Of a stretch of DNA of 64,000 bases, positions 17,472-26,055 are shown one piece after another. The DNA lies in contig CAZQXW010000007.1 of assembly GCA_964597365.1 (NCBI GenBank), positions 2,268 through 66,267 of the forward strand. Reading direction: 5' to 3'. This DNA comes from an uncultured Thermoplasmatales archaeon (GTDB lineage: Archaea; Thermoplasmatota; E2; DHVEG-1). The translations under genes were made by a program, and so were the position numbers. How positions within the stretch are numbered: the first letter of the stretch is position 1; the number at the start of each line of letters is the position of its first letter. The notes below the pieces were generated by a model, which did no database searches, was not told the DNA's origin, and saw only the letters and a program-made list of their open reading frames with translations.

Positions 17472-17675
17472 GGAGGTAAGCATCCCTCTCTGATCCGGTT
17501 GGTTTCCATGGAACTTGATAGCCAAAGCCGCTCACGTCCTGCGAGCATCCACTCGCCAACCTTCCTCTTTCAAAAACCCTTGCCAATCTCAGGAGCCTTT
17601 CCTCTCCCTTGATTACATTTATATTATATCATGGTATCGTGATTGTGTCAAATTGTTGTTTTTCAGGAGATAACG
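17470..17675 (-). repeat. duplicated promoter + leader block, copy 2
   Basis: Homologous to 15250-15455. Confidence 0.85.
17623..17651 (-). promoter_or_regulatory. consensus sigma70 promoter P2
   Basis: TTGACA (17646-17651), 17-bp spacer, TATAAT (17623-17628). Confidence 0.9.
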
Positions 17676-17697
17676 TGTTTACTGAATGTTGGCTTGA

Positions 17698-17747
17698 TAA
17701 AAGAAAACCCCCGACCGGCAAAGGAGGTAGGAACGCCGGTCGGAGGG
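17698..17747 (-). terminator. intrinsic terminator insulating the early region
   Basis: CCCUCCGACCGGC / GCCGGUCGGGGG stem followed by UUUUCUUUU. Confidence 0.75.
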
Positions 17748-17828
17748 TGGGACACCGAAGGCTCGCCTGCACACATGCACACAGGAAAGCTCCCTTCTAT
17801 CTATATGGTAACACGAGAGGACCGATCC

Positions 17829-18437
17829 TCAAACACCATACGTGATACGAAAGGGCTGGACGTTCTCGCGCAACTCCCGCGTCGACAGTCGACGGTTATG
17901 ACCGCCCTTGCCATCAGGAAACCTCGCGCCCCACGGATCATTATATATCAGTTCTCGGGTTTGTGTATCGTATGCCAGCACAGCAATATAGTGCCCCGGA
18001 TTCTTGAGACACAGCTGCACCGCCCTTCCCCTATCCAGTTCCTTAACTATGCTCTCCCACTCATTCCCCCATTCAAACCTTCCCCGTACTCCAAATACGG
18101 CGTACACCCCATGAGGGTAGTATTGCGGAACTCTGTTCTCCGGCAGCATATCTACAACAGAGTTTGATCTGATCTCTCGCAAATCATCCTTGATCCGAGG
18201 ATCATTGAAGAAGTCCATCAGCACTTCCTCCGGCTGTGGTTTGAATGTTCCCGGACACGTAATATCCACACTCTTCCCCATCGCTGCCAAACAGTTCACC
18301 GCTGCCGTAGGTCCGCAGGACTCCAACCAGCTATCTCGGTCATGTCGAGTAGCTTTCAGATACGCCTCAGTTGGATTGTTCTCTTGACTGTAGTACCTAC
18401 CCCGATCATTCCAAAACCGTACACCTTTGTGTCTCAT
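17829..18437 (-). CDS. peptidase C39-like (papain fold) protein, candidate lysin
   Basis: YYSQ...SCGPTAAV (Cys), GHYIAVLAYD (His), LIYNDPWG. Confidence 0.8.
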   Translation of the reverse strand: MRHKGVRFWNDRGRYYSQENNPTEAYLKATRHDRDSWLESCGPTAAVNCLAAMGKSVDITCPGTFKPQPEEVLMDFFNDPRIKDDLREIRSNSVVDMLPENRVPQYYPHGVYAVFGVRGRFEWGNEWESIVKELDRGRAVQLCLKNPGHYIAVLAYDTQTRELIYNDPWGARFPDGKGGHNRRLSTRELRENVQPFRITYGV

Positions 18438-18799
18438 CTACGAACCCCTCCTTGAAGCTGGGATGTAATCTGAGTTCTCGTCTGCTCAGAATCAAGCATC
18501 ATATTCCATAGTTTACACCATGGTTCCGAATCAACCCAGTTATATCTCCACGCAGCCATAGGACTACCATACTGGGCGTCTTCCTTTGTAACGATCCCCG
18601 CATCCTCATCAAGCTGCGCCCGTTCCTTGATAGCGATAATCAGATTGGTAGCGCCTTCCTTAGCAGTCCGTCTTTCAGGAGGGGAGTACTCAACATGATA
18701 CTCATTGTGAAGCCTGTTTACGCACGTTTTGCATATCGGTGAGTTCCGGGAAAAATGAGAATCCGGTAACAATCCCTCGCACGTAATACACCGTCTCAC
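18434..18799 (-). CDS. Zn-finger hypothetical protein
   Basis: CITC...CKTC. Confidence 0.6.
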   Translation of the reverse strand: MRRCITCEGLLPDSHFSRNSPICKTCVNRLHNEYHVEYSPPERRTAKEGATNLIIAIKERAQLDEDAGIVTKEDAQYGSPMAAWRYNWVDSEPWCKLWNMMLDSEQTRTQITSQLQGGVRR

Positions 18800-20799
18800 T
18801 TCACATACTGCCCCGCGATCTTGGATTCTTTGAAGCCTTGCACAAGAAGTATCCTGCGCACATCGCTCTCATTCTCCTGCGCCGTCTGCGCGACCAAATC
18901 AACGTCAACATACTTCTGAGATTGATACATGAAATCGATGGTATCTCTGATCTTCTCTTCATCGACCTTTGGCTTAGGAGCTTCCTTCTTATTCTTATCC
19001 TGAATCTGAACAAGAGCCACCTCTGGGGTTAGCCGCGACAGATCAGCGATCTTCTGTCGCTCCTCATCTGACAAACTGGTTCCTGTAACATTACGCTTAT
19101 CCTTATGACTTGTAAGCGCCTCGGACTCCTGCTCAAAGAACTCAAACACCCCATGCTCTGGCATAGTCATACTCGCTTGGACGCAATAAGCATCCGCAAA
19201 GAAGAAGTGATCCGGCCGCGATCCTTCTTTCCAGACAAACCGGCTCTTTTCTGGATTGTCTTCATTGGCCTCCAATATTCGAGTCGGAGCCATCAAATGA
19301 TTGTAGAACTCTCCGTCTTCAAGAAACTCGGCGTTCATCGGAAGTATCATCTGCTGTAAATCGTACCCCTGTCTCACATAATCCAGAAGCGCCGTCCGGT
19401 TCATCGTCACTTCCCGCTTACCCTCATTCTTCGCGAGGTAGTTAACACTTTCCTGAAAACGACTCGACCACACGTTGGGAAAATCAGCCTTCAACTCCAT
19501 CACCTTATGAATCTCGGGCATAGCATCAATCACAGTACAAGTAGGCTTCCATTCACGCATGACCTGTGCTAAAGCGTTGAATCCGGGGAGAGTCCAAATA
19601 CCGATCAGCCGAAACGTGAAGGTACCATCCGGCATTCTTACACGCTCCCGCATAATGGCATGCAGAGATTCTCCTACATCCACCCCAAGAAATCTTCCAC
19701 GGTCTTTCCCTACTCGGCGAGGTGGGAACTCATAATTTCTTCGACAATCATTGAGCATCGCTCTCGTGATCCGAGCACCTTTTGAACTGAACGGTAGTCC
19801 CAGATCGGAGTTGTAAAATATCTGGGTCTTTAGATCATTACCTACAGCCTTAGACCACGTCCGATATAATTCTCGAAGCGTACCCTTCGGAGACAATCGG
19901 GCAACTAACTTACTGACTCTAAATCCCTGCCACTTTCTCGAAGGATACGCATGTACCCACTCTCCGGGACCCAATCGATCTACAGGTTTCCCGCAATCAT
20001 GGATCAACTGTACCTCATCATCTGAAAACGGATCAGGATCGATGCTCGTATCTCGGGGCCGGTAGATGTTCGATCCAACCTCCCTCACAACATGCTGAAA
20101 GAAATCTGGAGTGAACCACTTACCACAATGGGGACACTTGAGCTTCCAAGTGCCCATCGAGCTTTCCTGATAACGCTCATCTATTCCGTAACCTTCAACC
20201 GTAGGGTTACTAATCTCTCGTTCAAACTGATACGGACTCGCTGTAAGACGATCAGGCAGCATCAACAAGTTGCTTAGATTGCACCGATCCTTCTCGTCAA
20301 TGAACGCACTATCAATAGGTATCTCAATAAACTCATCCTGCACGTTCGATCCAACATACGCCAGCGTACCAGTTCCAAAGTGCATAAGACTCGTCCGGTG
20401 GACCTTCGTCTCAGCCTTCATCACCTGATACTGGTAGTGAGGCACCCGCTTGTGCAATTTGTAGATTCGGTTGTTGACGAACCGGTTCCGAAGCTCGTAC
20501 TTCGGCAGAACATACATCACCGACATTCCACGCTCTGCGGCTTCGATATGTGATTGGATAATGAATAGCTCAGATAATCCGCACTGTACTGATTTCTCAA
20601 CCACCATGTAAGGTAGGTCGTCGATCCTATTGTAAAGGTCCCACAGGTAGTTTGTTCCCCGGAGAAACTTCATCCGCTCTCCACGAATATTCCTATGGTA
20701 GGCAAGCGCCCAATACACTGGACGAATATCTGCCCAGTTCTCATACTCCGTCTTCTCAGCGGCAGCTACGGTATCGAACAACTTGGCAACATCACTCAT
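18796..20799 (-). CDS. terL: terminase large subunit (GpA-like)
   Basis: VVEKSVQCGLSE Walker A variant, FIDEKD Walker B, ISNPT motif, CPHCGKW Zn ribbon, LGVDVG nuclease, PDHFFFAD. Confidence 0.9.
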   Translation of the reverse strand: MSDVAKLFDTVAAAEKTEYENWADIRPVYWALAYHRNIRGERMKFLRGTNYLWDLYNRIDDLPYMVVEKSVQCGLSELFIIQSHIEAAERGMSVMYVLPKYELRNRFVNNRIYKLHKRVPHYQYQVMKAETKVHRTSLMHFGTGTLAYVGSNVQDEFIEIPIDSAFIDEKDRCNLSNLLMLPDRLTASPYQFEREISNPTVEGYGIDERYQESSMGTWKLKCPHCGKWFTPDFFQHVVREVGSNIYRPRDTSIDPDPFSDDEVQLIHDCGKPVDRLGPGEWVHAYPSRKWQGFRVSKLVARLSPKGTLRELYRTWSKAVGNDLKTQIFYNSDLGLPFSSKGARITRAMLNDCRRNYEFPPRRVGKDRGRFLGVDVGESLHAIMRERVRMPDGTFTFRLIGIWTLPGFNALAQVMREWKPTCTVIDAMPEIHKVMELKADFPNVWSSRFQESVNYLAKNEGKREVTMNRTALLDYVRQGYDLQQMILPMNAEFLEDGEFYNHLMAPTRILEANEDNPEKSRFVWKEGSRPDHFFFADAYCVQASMTMPEHGVFEFFEQESEALTSHKDKRNVTGTSLSDEERQKIADLSRLTPEVALVQIQDKNKKEAPKPKVDEEKIRDTIDFMYQSQKYVDVDLVAQTAQENESDVRRILLVQGFKESKIAGQYVK

Positions 20800-21494
20800 T
20801 CATCTTCCTCCACGAGGTCTGCGTCTACAGCATCCCGTTGTTGCTGAAGGAATCTAAGCTGGGCCATCCTATCCTCAAGCTCTTGTAACTGCTTCGGAGT
20901 CACGTCTCTTTCCGTCTGCGCATACGGATTCGACCCATTGTTAGAGGGCGCTCCCACATAGATGGATTGATTAAACGAAGTACGCTCAGCGCCTGAAGCC
21001 GCATTAGGATCATTGAGAATCTTCCATGCAAACTCCAGAATGCGGGCTACCGCTCCCGCGTTATCTCCCGTGATCTTGATATTCATAAAATCGTGAAGCC
21101 TCTTCCACACCATATTCTCCAGCGCCGACCGGCGAGCCATTGTGTAGAAGCGCTTCTCCAGACGGGCCAGCGCTATGTAAGATCGAACTCCGGGGTGCTG
21201 CAACCACTTAGTAATGGTTCCCCGAGTAACTTGGTACTCTCTCGCCCACTGCGCCTCTTTCATGTATTCCGTAGCATAGCGGTAGGCAAAGTCTCTCATC
21301 CGTTCGGGAATGAAAGGAAGATCGTCGAGATTCGGAAGGTCCTCCACAGAAACAAACTTCGACAACCCATTCTGAACCGGAGCACGGGCTATCGCTGCGG
21401 GAGCGTTATCGTCGATAACAATCTCCTCAACTGTCGAAAGATAGTCTCCCAGTTTTTTATGCAGCGCGTTAAGCTGCTCCTCAAAAGTCGCCAT
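20796..21494 (-). CDS. probable terminase small subunit
   Basis: HTH (WAREYQVTRGTITKWL), directly upstream of terL with ATGA overlap. Confidence 0.6.
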   Translation of the reverse strand: MATFEEQLNALHKKLGDYLSTVEEIVIDDNAPAAIARAPVQNGLSKFVSVEDLPNLDDLPFIPERMRDFAYRYATEYMKEAQWAREYQVTRGTITKWLQHPGVRSYIALARLEKRFYTMARRSALENMVWKRLHDFMNIKITGDNAGAVARILEFAWKILNDPNAASGAERTSFNQSIYVGAPSNNGSNPYAQTERDVTPKQLQELEDRMAQLRFLQQQRDAVDADLVEEDE

Positions 21495-21903
21495 ACGGCA
21501 TGAGCCTCATGGCCATAAGGATATGAGCAACCTGTGTGGCGTCCAGATAGACAAACTGACGTGTACCATCAACCGTCACCTCCAGCATCGTCTTGATCAC
21601 CTGATTCCCGTTCTCGTCGATCAGCATGTTCGGTGTCCTCACCGGACCATCCGCTCCCTTCACTGGAATAGGTGTGGAGGTCTGTACTATCAGTTCCCCG
21701 CTTATCGAGTAACTCTTCTTCTGCGGAGTCTTCTTCTTTGAGTTGCTCGATGAAGCTGTCGACCTCTTCCTCGAATTGGTGGTCGATGTCTTCCGCGATG
21801 TAGTCTTCTTCTCGCTCGTAGTACGCTTTTGTCCGCTCCCACTCTGTTTGGACTGGGTACTGTTTGAGGTCGACTTCTCTGAATTGGTCGAGTCTTCCTT
21901 CAT
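21481..21903 (-). CDS. hypothetical protein (S/T/K-rich N-terminus overlapping upstream gene)
   Basis: Folded-looking C-terminal half fills gap to terS; start uncertain. Confidence 0.5.
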   Translation of the reverse strand: MKEDSTNSEKSTSNSTQSKQSGSGQKRTTSEKKTTSRKTSTTNSRKRSTASSSNSKKKTPQKKSYSISGELIVQTSTPIPVKGADGPVRTPNMLIDENGNQVIKTMLEVTVDGTRQFVYLDATQVAHILMAMRLMPYGDF

Positions 21904-22144
21904 TGTTCATCCTCCATAGAAGCCATCGCTTCAGCCGATATGCTCGAAAGCTAATCGGCTTTCGGTACGCGCAGTCATTGTGTAGGTTGCGTCGCTCCGC
22001 AGGAACCCTGCCCTCAACATCAATCTCCTTACGGAGAGGTCCTGAAACAAACTGAGCAGTAGCTACGCACTGCGGAGGCATTCCCGGAACTATAAACAGG
22101 TTCGCACAACCCTCACAAAAGACTTCTCTTTTCTTCTCTCTCAT
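21569..22144 (-). CDS. hypothetical Cys-containing protein with acidic tail
   Basis: CEGC...C...C; ATGA overlap with upstream gene. Confidence 0.55.
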   Translation of the reverse strand: MREKKREVFCEGCANLFIVPGMPPQCVATAQFVSGPLRKEIDVEGRVPAERRNLHNDCAYRKPISFRAYRLKRWLLWRMNNEGRLDQFREVDLKQYPVQTEWERTKAYYEREEDYIAEDIDHQFEEEVDSFIEQLKEEDSAEEELLDKRGTDSTDLHTYSSEGSGWSGEDTEHADRRERESGDQDDAGGDG

Positions 22145-22716
22145 GGCACATCCTCCAGTATAGCATGGAGCTTTTCGGCGTAGTCAGTCGGAAAGGTTCC
22201 TGATAGAAAATCCCCCACTATTCCAATATTGTAGTGCAAAGCTCTCATCTGTTCATGACACGGCTCATAATCAAACACCTTGGGCTCGATGTACTCCAAA
22301 ACACCGTACGTTCGAGAAAACCGCGCCCCATACATAGCATACTGAAACGCGGACTCACAAAGCGAATGCGTGAGAATACTCGCTACATACCCAGAGAATA
22401 CGCTCGTGTAGATCGAAAGCTCTGCCGGATTCGGCAATCCATATAACCAGTTCTGCTTATCTGAAGATAGACTCCCAGAAAGCGACAACTCATTAATCAA
22501 CTGAATACGGTCGCTCCCATCTTTGGTATGCGTGGTTATCAGAATCGCATCCACAGACTTCGAAACAGACGCCGAAACGTACTCCCCGAAATCAGCCACG
22601 AACCGCAGGCGTACCCCTTGGCAGTCTAACGGCTTGCTGTAAACCGACAAAGCAGAAAGCTGATCATGATCAACTTTCTTCCCCTTCGGAAGGTATTTCA
22701 GGTACGTCACCCTCAT
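22141..22716 (-). CDS. hypothetical protein, possibly degenerate TGT-like TIM-barrel fragment
   Basis: NWLYGLPNPAEL...VASILTHS...AMYGARF...G pattern loosely resembles HLLG...SxDTS phage TGT-like proteins. Confidence 0.35.
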   Translation of the reverse strand: MRVTYLKYLPKGKKVDHDQLSALSVYSKPLDCQGVRLRFVADFGEYVSASVSKSVDAILITTHTKDGSDRIQLINELSLSGSLSSDKQNWLYGLPNPAELSIYTSVFSGYVASILTHSLCESAFQYAMYGARFSRTYGVLEYIEPKVFDYEPCHEQMRALHYNIGIVGDFLSGTFPTDYAEKLHAILEDVP

Positions 22717-23269
22717 CGCCGGTCTCCTTCGCTGCCTCGGCCTCCTCTGGTTTCTTCGTCTTCTTCGTGGATTTTCTTGTTCTGGTAGAATTACCCTTAG
22801 AACCCCCACCCCGAGACGCTGTAAAACTGTCCTGACGGAAGATGAGACGAGCAGTAGAAACCCACCGCTCAAGCTCTATGGGCCGGAATGCCAAGACAGT
22901 GTAGATCACCTGACCGCTCTCAGAATCAATCGAGTAGCTCATCAATCCAAGAGCATCCTTGGCATCTTCAGTAAGCTCAACAGACGCCTCAACCCCCTCC
23001 GGCAGCTCATCTACACGGAGAGAAGTAAAGAACCGGTAAGCGATCCCCTGACGGCACAACCACAGGTCCCCCATCAGATCAAACCGCCTGCCCGTCATGA
23101 CCTCTTCCCGCTGTGCGTCAAAGTACATACGCACATTGGTTCCCCGATCCGGTGTTTTTATGTCCGCCGTACGAAGAACCACGGCATCCCCGGCATACTC
23201 GACTTTCCCAAACGCCCCCACACCGTTGGTACTCAGATACTTCTCGAACTTGCTCGCACTCACAACCAT
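22670..23269 (-). CDS. degenerate dUTPase/dCTP-deaminase-fold protein (tentative)
   Basis: LCRQGIAYRF..LRVDELPEGV...RPIELE...ARLIF layout matches trimeric dUTPase fold; catalytic motifs not recognisable. Confidence 0.4.
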   Translation of the reverse strand: MVVSASKFEKYLSTNGVGAFGKVEYAGDAVVLRTADIKTPDRGTNVRMYFDAQREEVMTGRRFDLMGDLWLCRQGIAYRFFTSLRVDELPEGVEASVELTEDAKDALGLMSYSIDSESGQVIYTVLAFRPIELERWVSTARLIFRQDSFTASRGGGSKGNSTRTRKSTKKTKKPEEAEAAKETGDEGDVPEIPSEGEES

Positions 23270-23278
23270 ATAATCCTC

Positions 23279-25783
23279 CTACGCGGCCACTTTTAGGCCA
23301 AAGCTATCAAAGATTTCTTGCAATCTCGATTCGTTGTTCTCGCCCCATCGACGATTAACCTCAACATCGATCTTCATATTTACAGGAAGCACCTTGACTG
23401 GTGTCTCGAATGCCTCGTGAAACGCCTCTACCACATAATCCTCTTCTACAGGAATCGTATCAACCAACCCACAGTCGTGGACGGTATGCACAATCTTACT
23501 CTCAAACTTGTTTTTCTTCAGTATCCGAGACAACCTAATGAGCCCAATATAAGTATAGTCCGCAGCGCCTGACTGAACAGGAGCGTTCATAGCCTGCCGC
23601 TCCGCACGTCCCTGATCTCCCCAACTGTCAGAAAGAGCATAAGGAAGTCGACGCTTTCTATTGAACACGGATACTACATACCCATTCTTCTTTACTAACG
23701 CCTTTTGTCTTTCCATCCACTGCTTGATATTCGGCATCCTATCAAAGTAGAGGTTCATAAAATCCTGAGCCTCTTCTATAGTGATCTTCAAACCCTTCGC
23801 CAGACCTATCGCACTGATCCCAAAAACCAACCCAAAATTAACCGCCTTCGCCGCTCTGCGCTCCAGCTTTGTGGGTTGGTAACTCTGTGGCAGGTCATAG
23901 AGCCTTCTATAAGTCTGAGAATGAATATCCAAACCACGCTCAAACGCATCAAGAAACGTCCGCTCTCCAGACACCGCAGCTATAGTCGCCAGTTCTGCCT
24001 GTTTCAGGTCCGCTTCCGTTAACCAATTTCCCGGAGTAGCTGCGTACACCGACCGCACCAAAGCATCTTGAGGCACGTTCTGAAGGCTTGGATTCGAACA
24101 GCTCGCCCTTCCCGTAACCGCTCCAGTGATATTGTAGTGCGCATGGATTCTGCCATCCAAATCCCACCGAAAATTGATTGCCTGTGAGATGTGAGTCCCG
24201 AGCATCGTACTGATATACGCCCGATCAGACAGGTAATGAGCTATTTCTGAATCAGACTGCGTGGCTATATAATCGATGCTATCCTTGTCTACACTGTACC
24301 CGGTCTTCGTCTCCTTCAGAGGAGAGAACCCCATTTCCTTATATAGAATCCGAGCAAGCTGTTGATTGCTTCCTATGTTAAACTCTCGACCAGCACACTC
24401 ATAGACCTTTTCTTCCAACTTCGAGATCGCCTTCTGACAGGTTTCCGCCACTGCCTCGGCCTGCTTTATATCTACATGGATTCCGGCGTACTCAGCATCG
24501 CTCATGACCCGGCGAACCGGCATCACGATCTTTTCAAATAAAGGGAGCATCTTCTCCCGCTTCATCTCTTTGTAAAGCTTCTTGTACAGGGCATAGGTCG
24601 CTACAGAATCCAGCGCCCCGTATCGAGCAAGCAGCGTATAGGGAATCTTCGAGTAGTCTGCCTTGATCTTGTGCTCGTGCTTGTATTTCTCCAACGGAAC
24701 ATCGTACCCACCAAAATCAGTAAGCACCCACGCAAGGTCCTTCAGACGCTTACTGAAGTTCTCATCAACCAGATGAGCCGCCGCCATCGTATCAACATAT
24801 CTGTCATGTATTGGTAGATTATTAAAGCGAAATACCCGCACCTCGTACGCACCGTTGTGCATAACCTTCGTGAGTTTATTGTCTCCCAACAGTCCAAGAA
24901 GACCCCACCATGTTCGCTTATTCGCTTGAGCTACATCCCACGAAAAGTAGTAACCTTTCGTCTCACTACACGCCAGAGAAGCTCCAATGATGGTCGGAAT
25001 ATTAGGATCGTCCTGATTCACTCCCGTCTCTATATCGAAGGCAAATGTCTCGGCTTCCCGCATTTCTCGGATAACGTCTCGAAGCATAGCAGGGTCCTCT
25101 ACCGACACAGACTTTACTTCCCGAGATGGATTGATCGGCTTCTGAGCAATACTCCACGCACGCTTCAAATCCTCAATCACAAGGTTGGTACTGTACTCTG
25201 ATCGCTTGCGTTCATTACGCATGCAGTAGCTGGGATGAAACGTAGGTAGGAACCAACAATTGAACTCCCGCAACCAGATCAACCGCCCACGCCACTGAGT
25301 GATTCCTCCCACAACAGCATCGCTCTTCTTTGCCGTTCCCTCTTCCTGAGCACCCTTGTAAAATCGACTGAGCATCGTCGCCAGAGGAACGTTCCCCATC
25401 CCTACGATCATCTTCGGCTTGACCCGACGGATCGCTACTTCCAGATAGCGGCGACAATTGATAATCTCTTTCGCGGAAGGGTTTCGATTCTTTGGAGGGT
25501 GGCACCTAACTGTGTTCTCGAAACGAACCTCGGATTCCGGTATCTTCGCAGGAACCAACAAATCATCTCTCAGGAAATCCCCGGCTTGTCCAACAAAGGG
25601 ACGGTTTAACTCATCCTCTGTCGCTCCCGGAGCCTCCCCCAGTATCATAAGCTTGGCGTTAGAGGGACCCTCTCCCTCCATACACACATTCAGAGAATTA
25701 TCGCAAAGCTTTGGACAAAGGGTACACTCCGGCCAGAACTCTACTCCATTTGGGATAGCTGGTGCATCAAGCTGTTTCGCCAT
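23279..25783 (-). CDS. polA: family A DNA polymerase with N-terminal family-4 uracil-DNA glycosylase domain
   Basis: CTLC, GEAPG, PFVGQAG, VRCHPP, FHPSY (UDG4); FDIET, HNGAYE, YGALD exonuclease; DLKQAE, RRAAKAVNFGLVFG, TVHD polymerase motifs. Confidence 0.95.
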   Translation of the reverse strand: MAKQLDAPAIPNGVEFWPECTLCPKLCDNSLNVCMEGEGPSNAKLMILGEAPGATEDELNRPFVGQAGDFLRDDLLVPAKIPESEVRFENTVRCHPPKNRNPSAKEIINCRRYLEVAIRRVKPKMIVGMGNVPLATMLSRFYKGAQEEGTAKKSDAVVGGITQWRGRLIWLREFNCWFLPTFHPSYCMRNERKRSEYSTNLVIEDLKRAWSIAQKPINPSREVKSVSVEDPAMLRDVIREMREAETFAFDIETGVNQDDPNIPTIIGASLACSETKGYYFSWDVAQANKRTWWGLLGLLGDNKLTKVMHNGAYEVRVFRFNNLPIHDRYVDTMAAAHLVDENFSKRLKDLAWVLTDFGGYDVPLEKYKHEHKIKADYSKIPYTLLARYGALDSVATYALYKKLYKEMKREKMLPLFEKIVMPVRRVMSDAEYAGIHVDIKQAEAVAETCQKAISKLEEKVYECAGREFNIGSNQQLARILYKEMGFSPLKETKTGYSVDKDSIDYIATQSDSEIAHYLSDRAYISTMLGTHISQAINFRWDLDGRIHAHYNITGAVTGRASCSNPSLQNVPQDALVRSVYAATPGNWLTEADLKQAELATIAAVSGERTFLDAFERGLDIHSQTYRRLYDLPQSYQPTKLERRAAKAVNFGLVFGISAIGLAKGLKITIEEAQDFMNLYFDRMPNIKQWMERQKALVKKNGYVVSVFNRKRRLPYALSDSWGDQGRAERQAMNAPVQSGAADYTYIGLIRLSRILKKNKFESKIVHTVHDCGLVDTIPVEEDYVVEAFHEAFETPVKVLPVNMKIDVEVNRRWGENNESRLQEIFDSFGLKVAA

Positions 25784-26055
25784 ACTTCTCCAAACCTTCG
25801 TTGTCCCATCGAGATCATCAGAGAAATCATCAGTATCGATAGATTCTGATTCGCCTTCCAGTCGATATTAACCAACGTCATGTTACTCGGGGTCGTCCCC
25901 GCAAAAGCCGAACTCAAGTAGTTCTCACCACTAAGCAACAGGTTGGTAACCGCCCTCTTCGTGTCTTCGGGTGCCTTACCATAAACCTCCATAATGTCAT
26001 CGATGGGGATAGGCTCTGTCTCATTCTTCACGATCTCCTCCCGTAAGCCTGTCAT
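25741..26055 (-). CDS. hypothetical protein
   Basis: Fills gap between exonuclease and polA. Confidence 0.4.
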   Translation of the reverse strand: MTGLREEIVKNETEPIPIDDIMEVYGKAPEDTKRAVTNLLLSGENYLSSAFAGTTPSNMTLVNIDWKANQNLSILMISLMISMGQRRFGEVWRNSLMHQLSQME

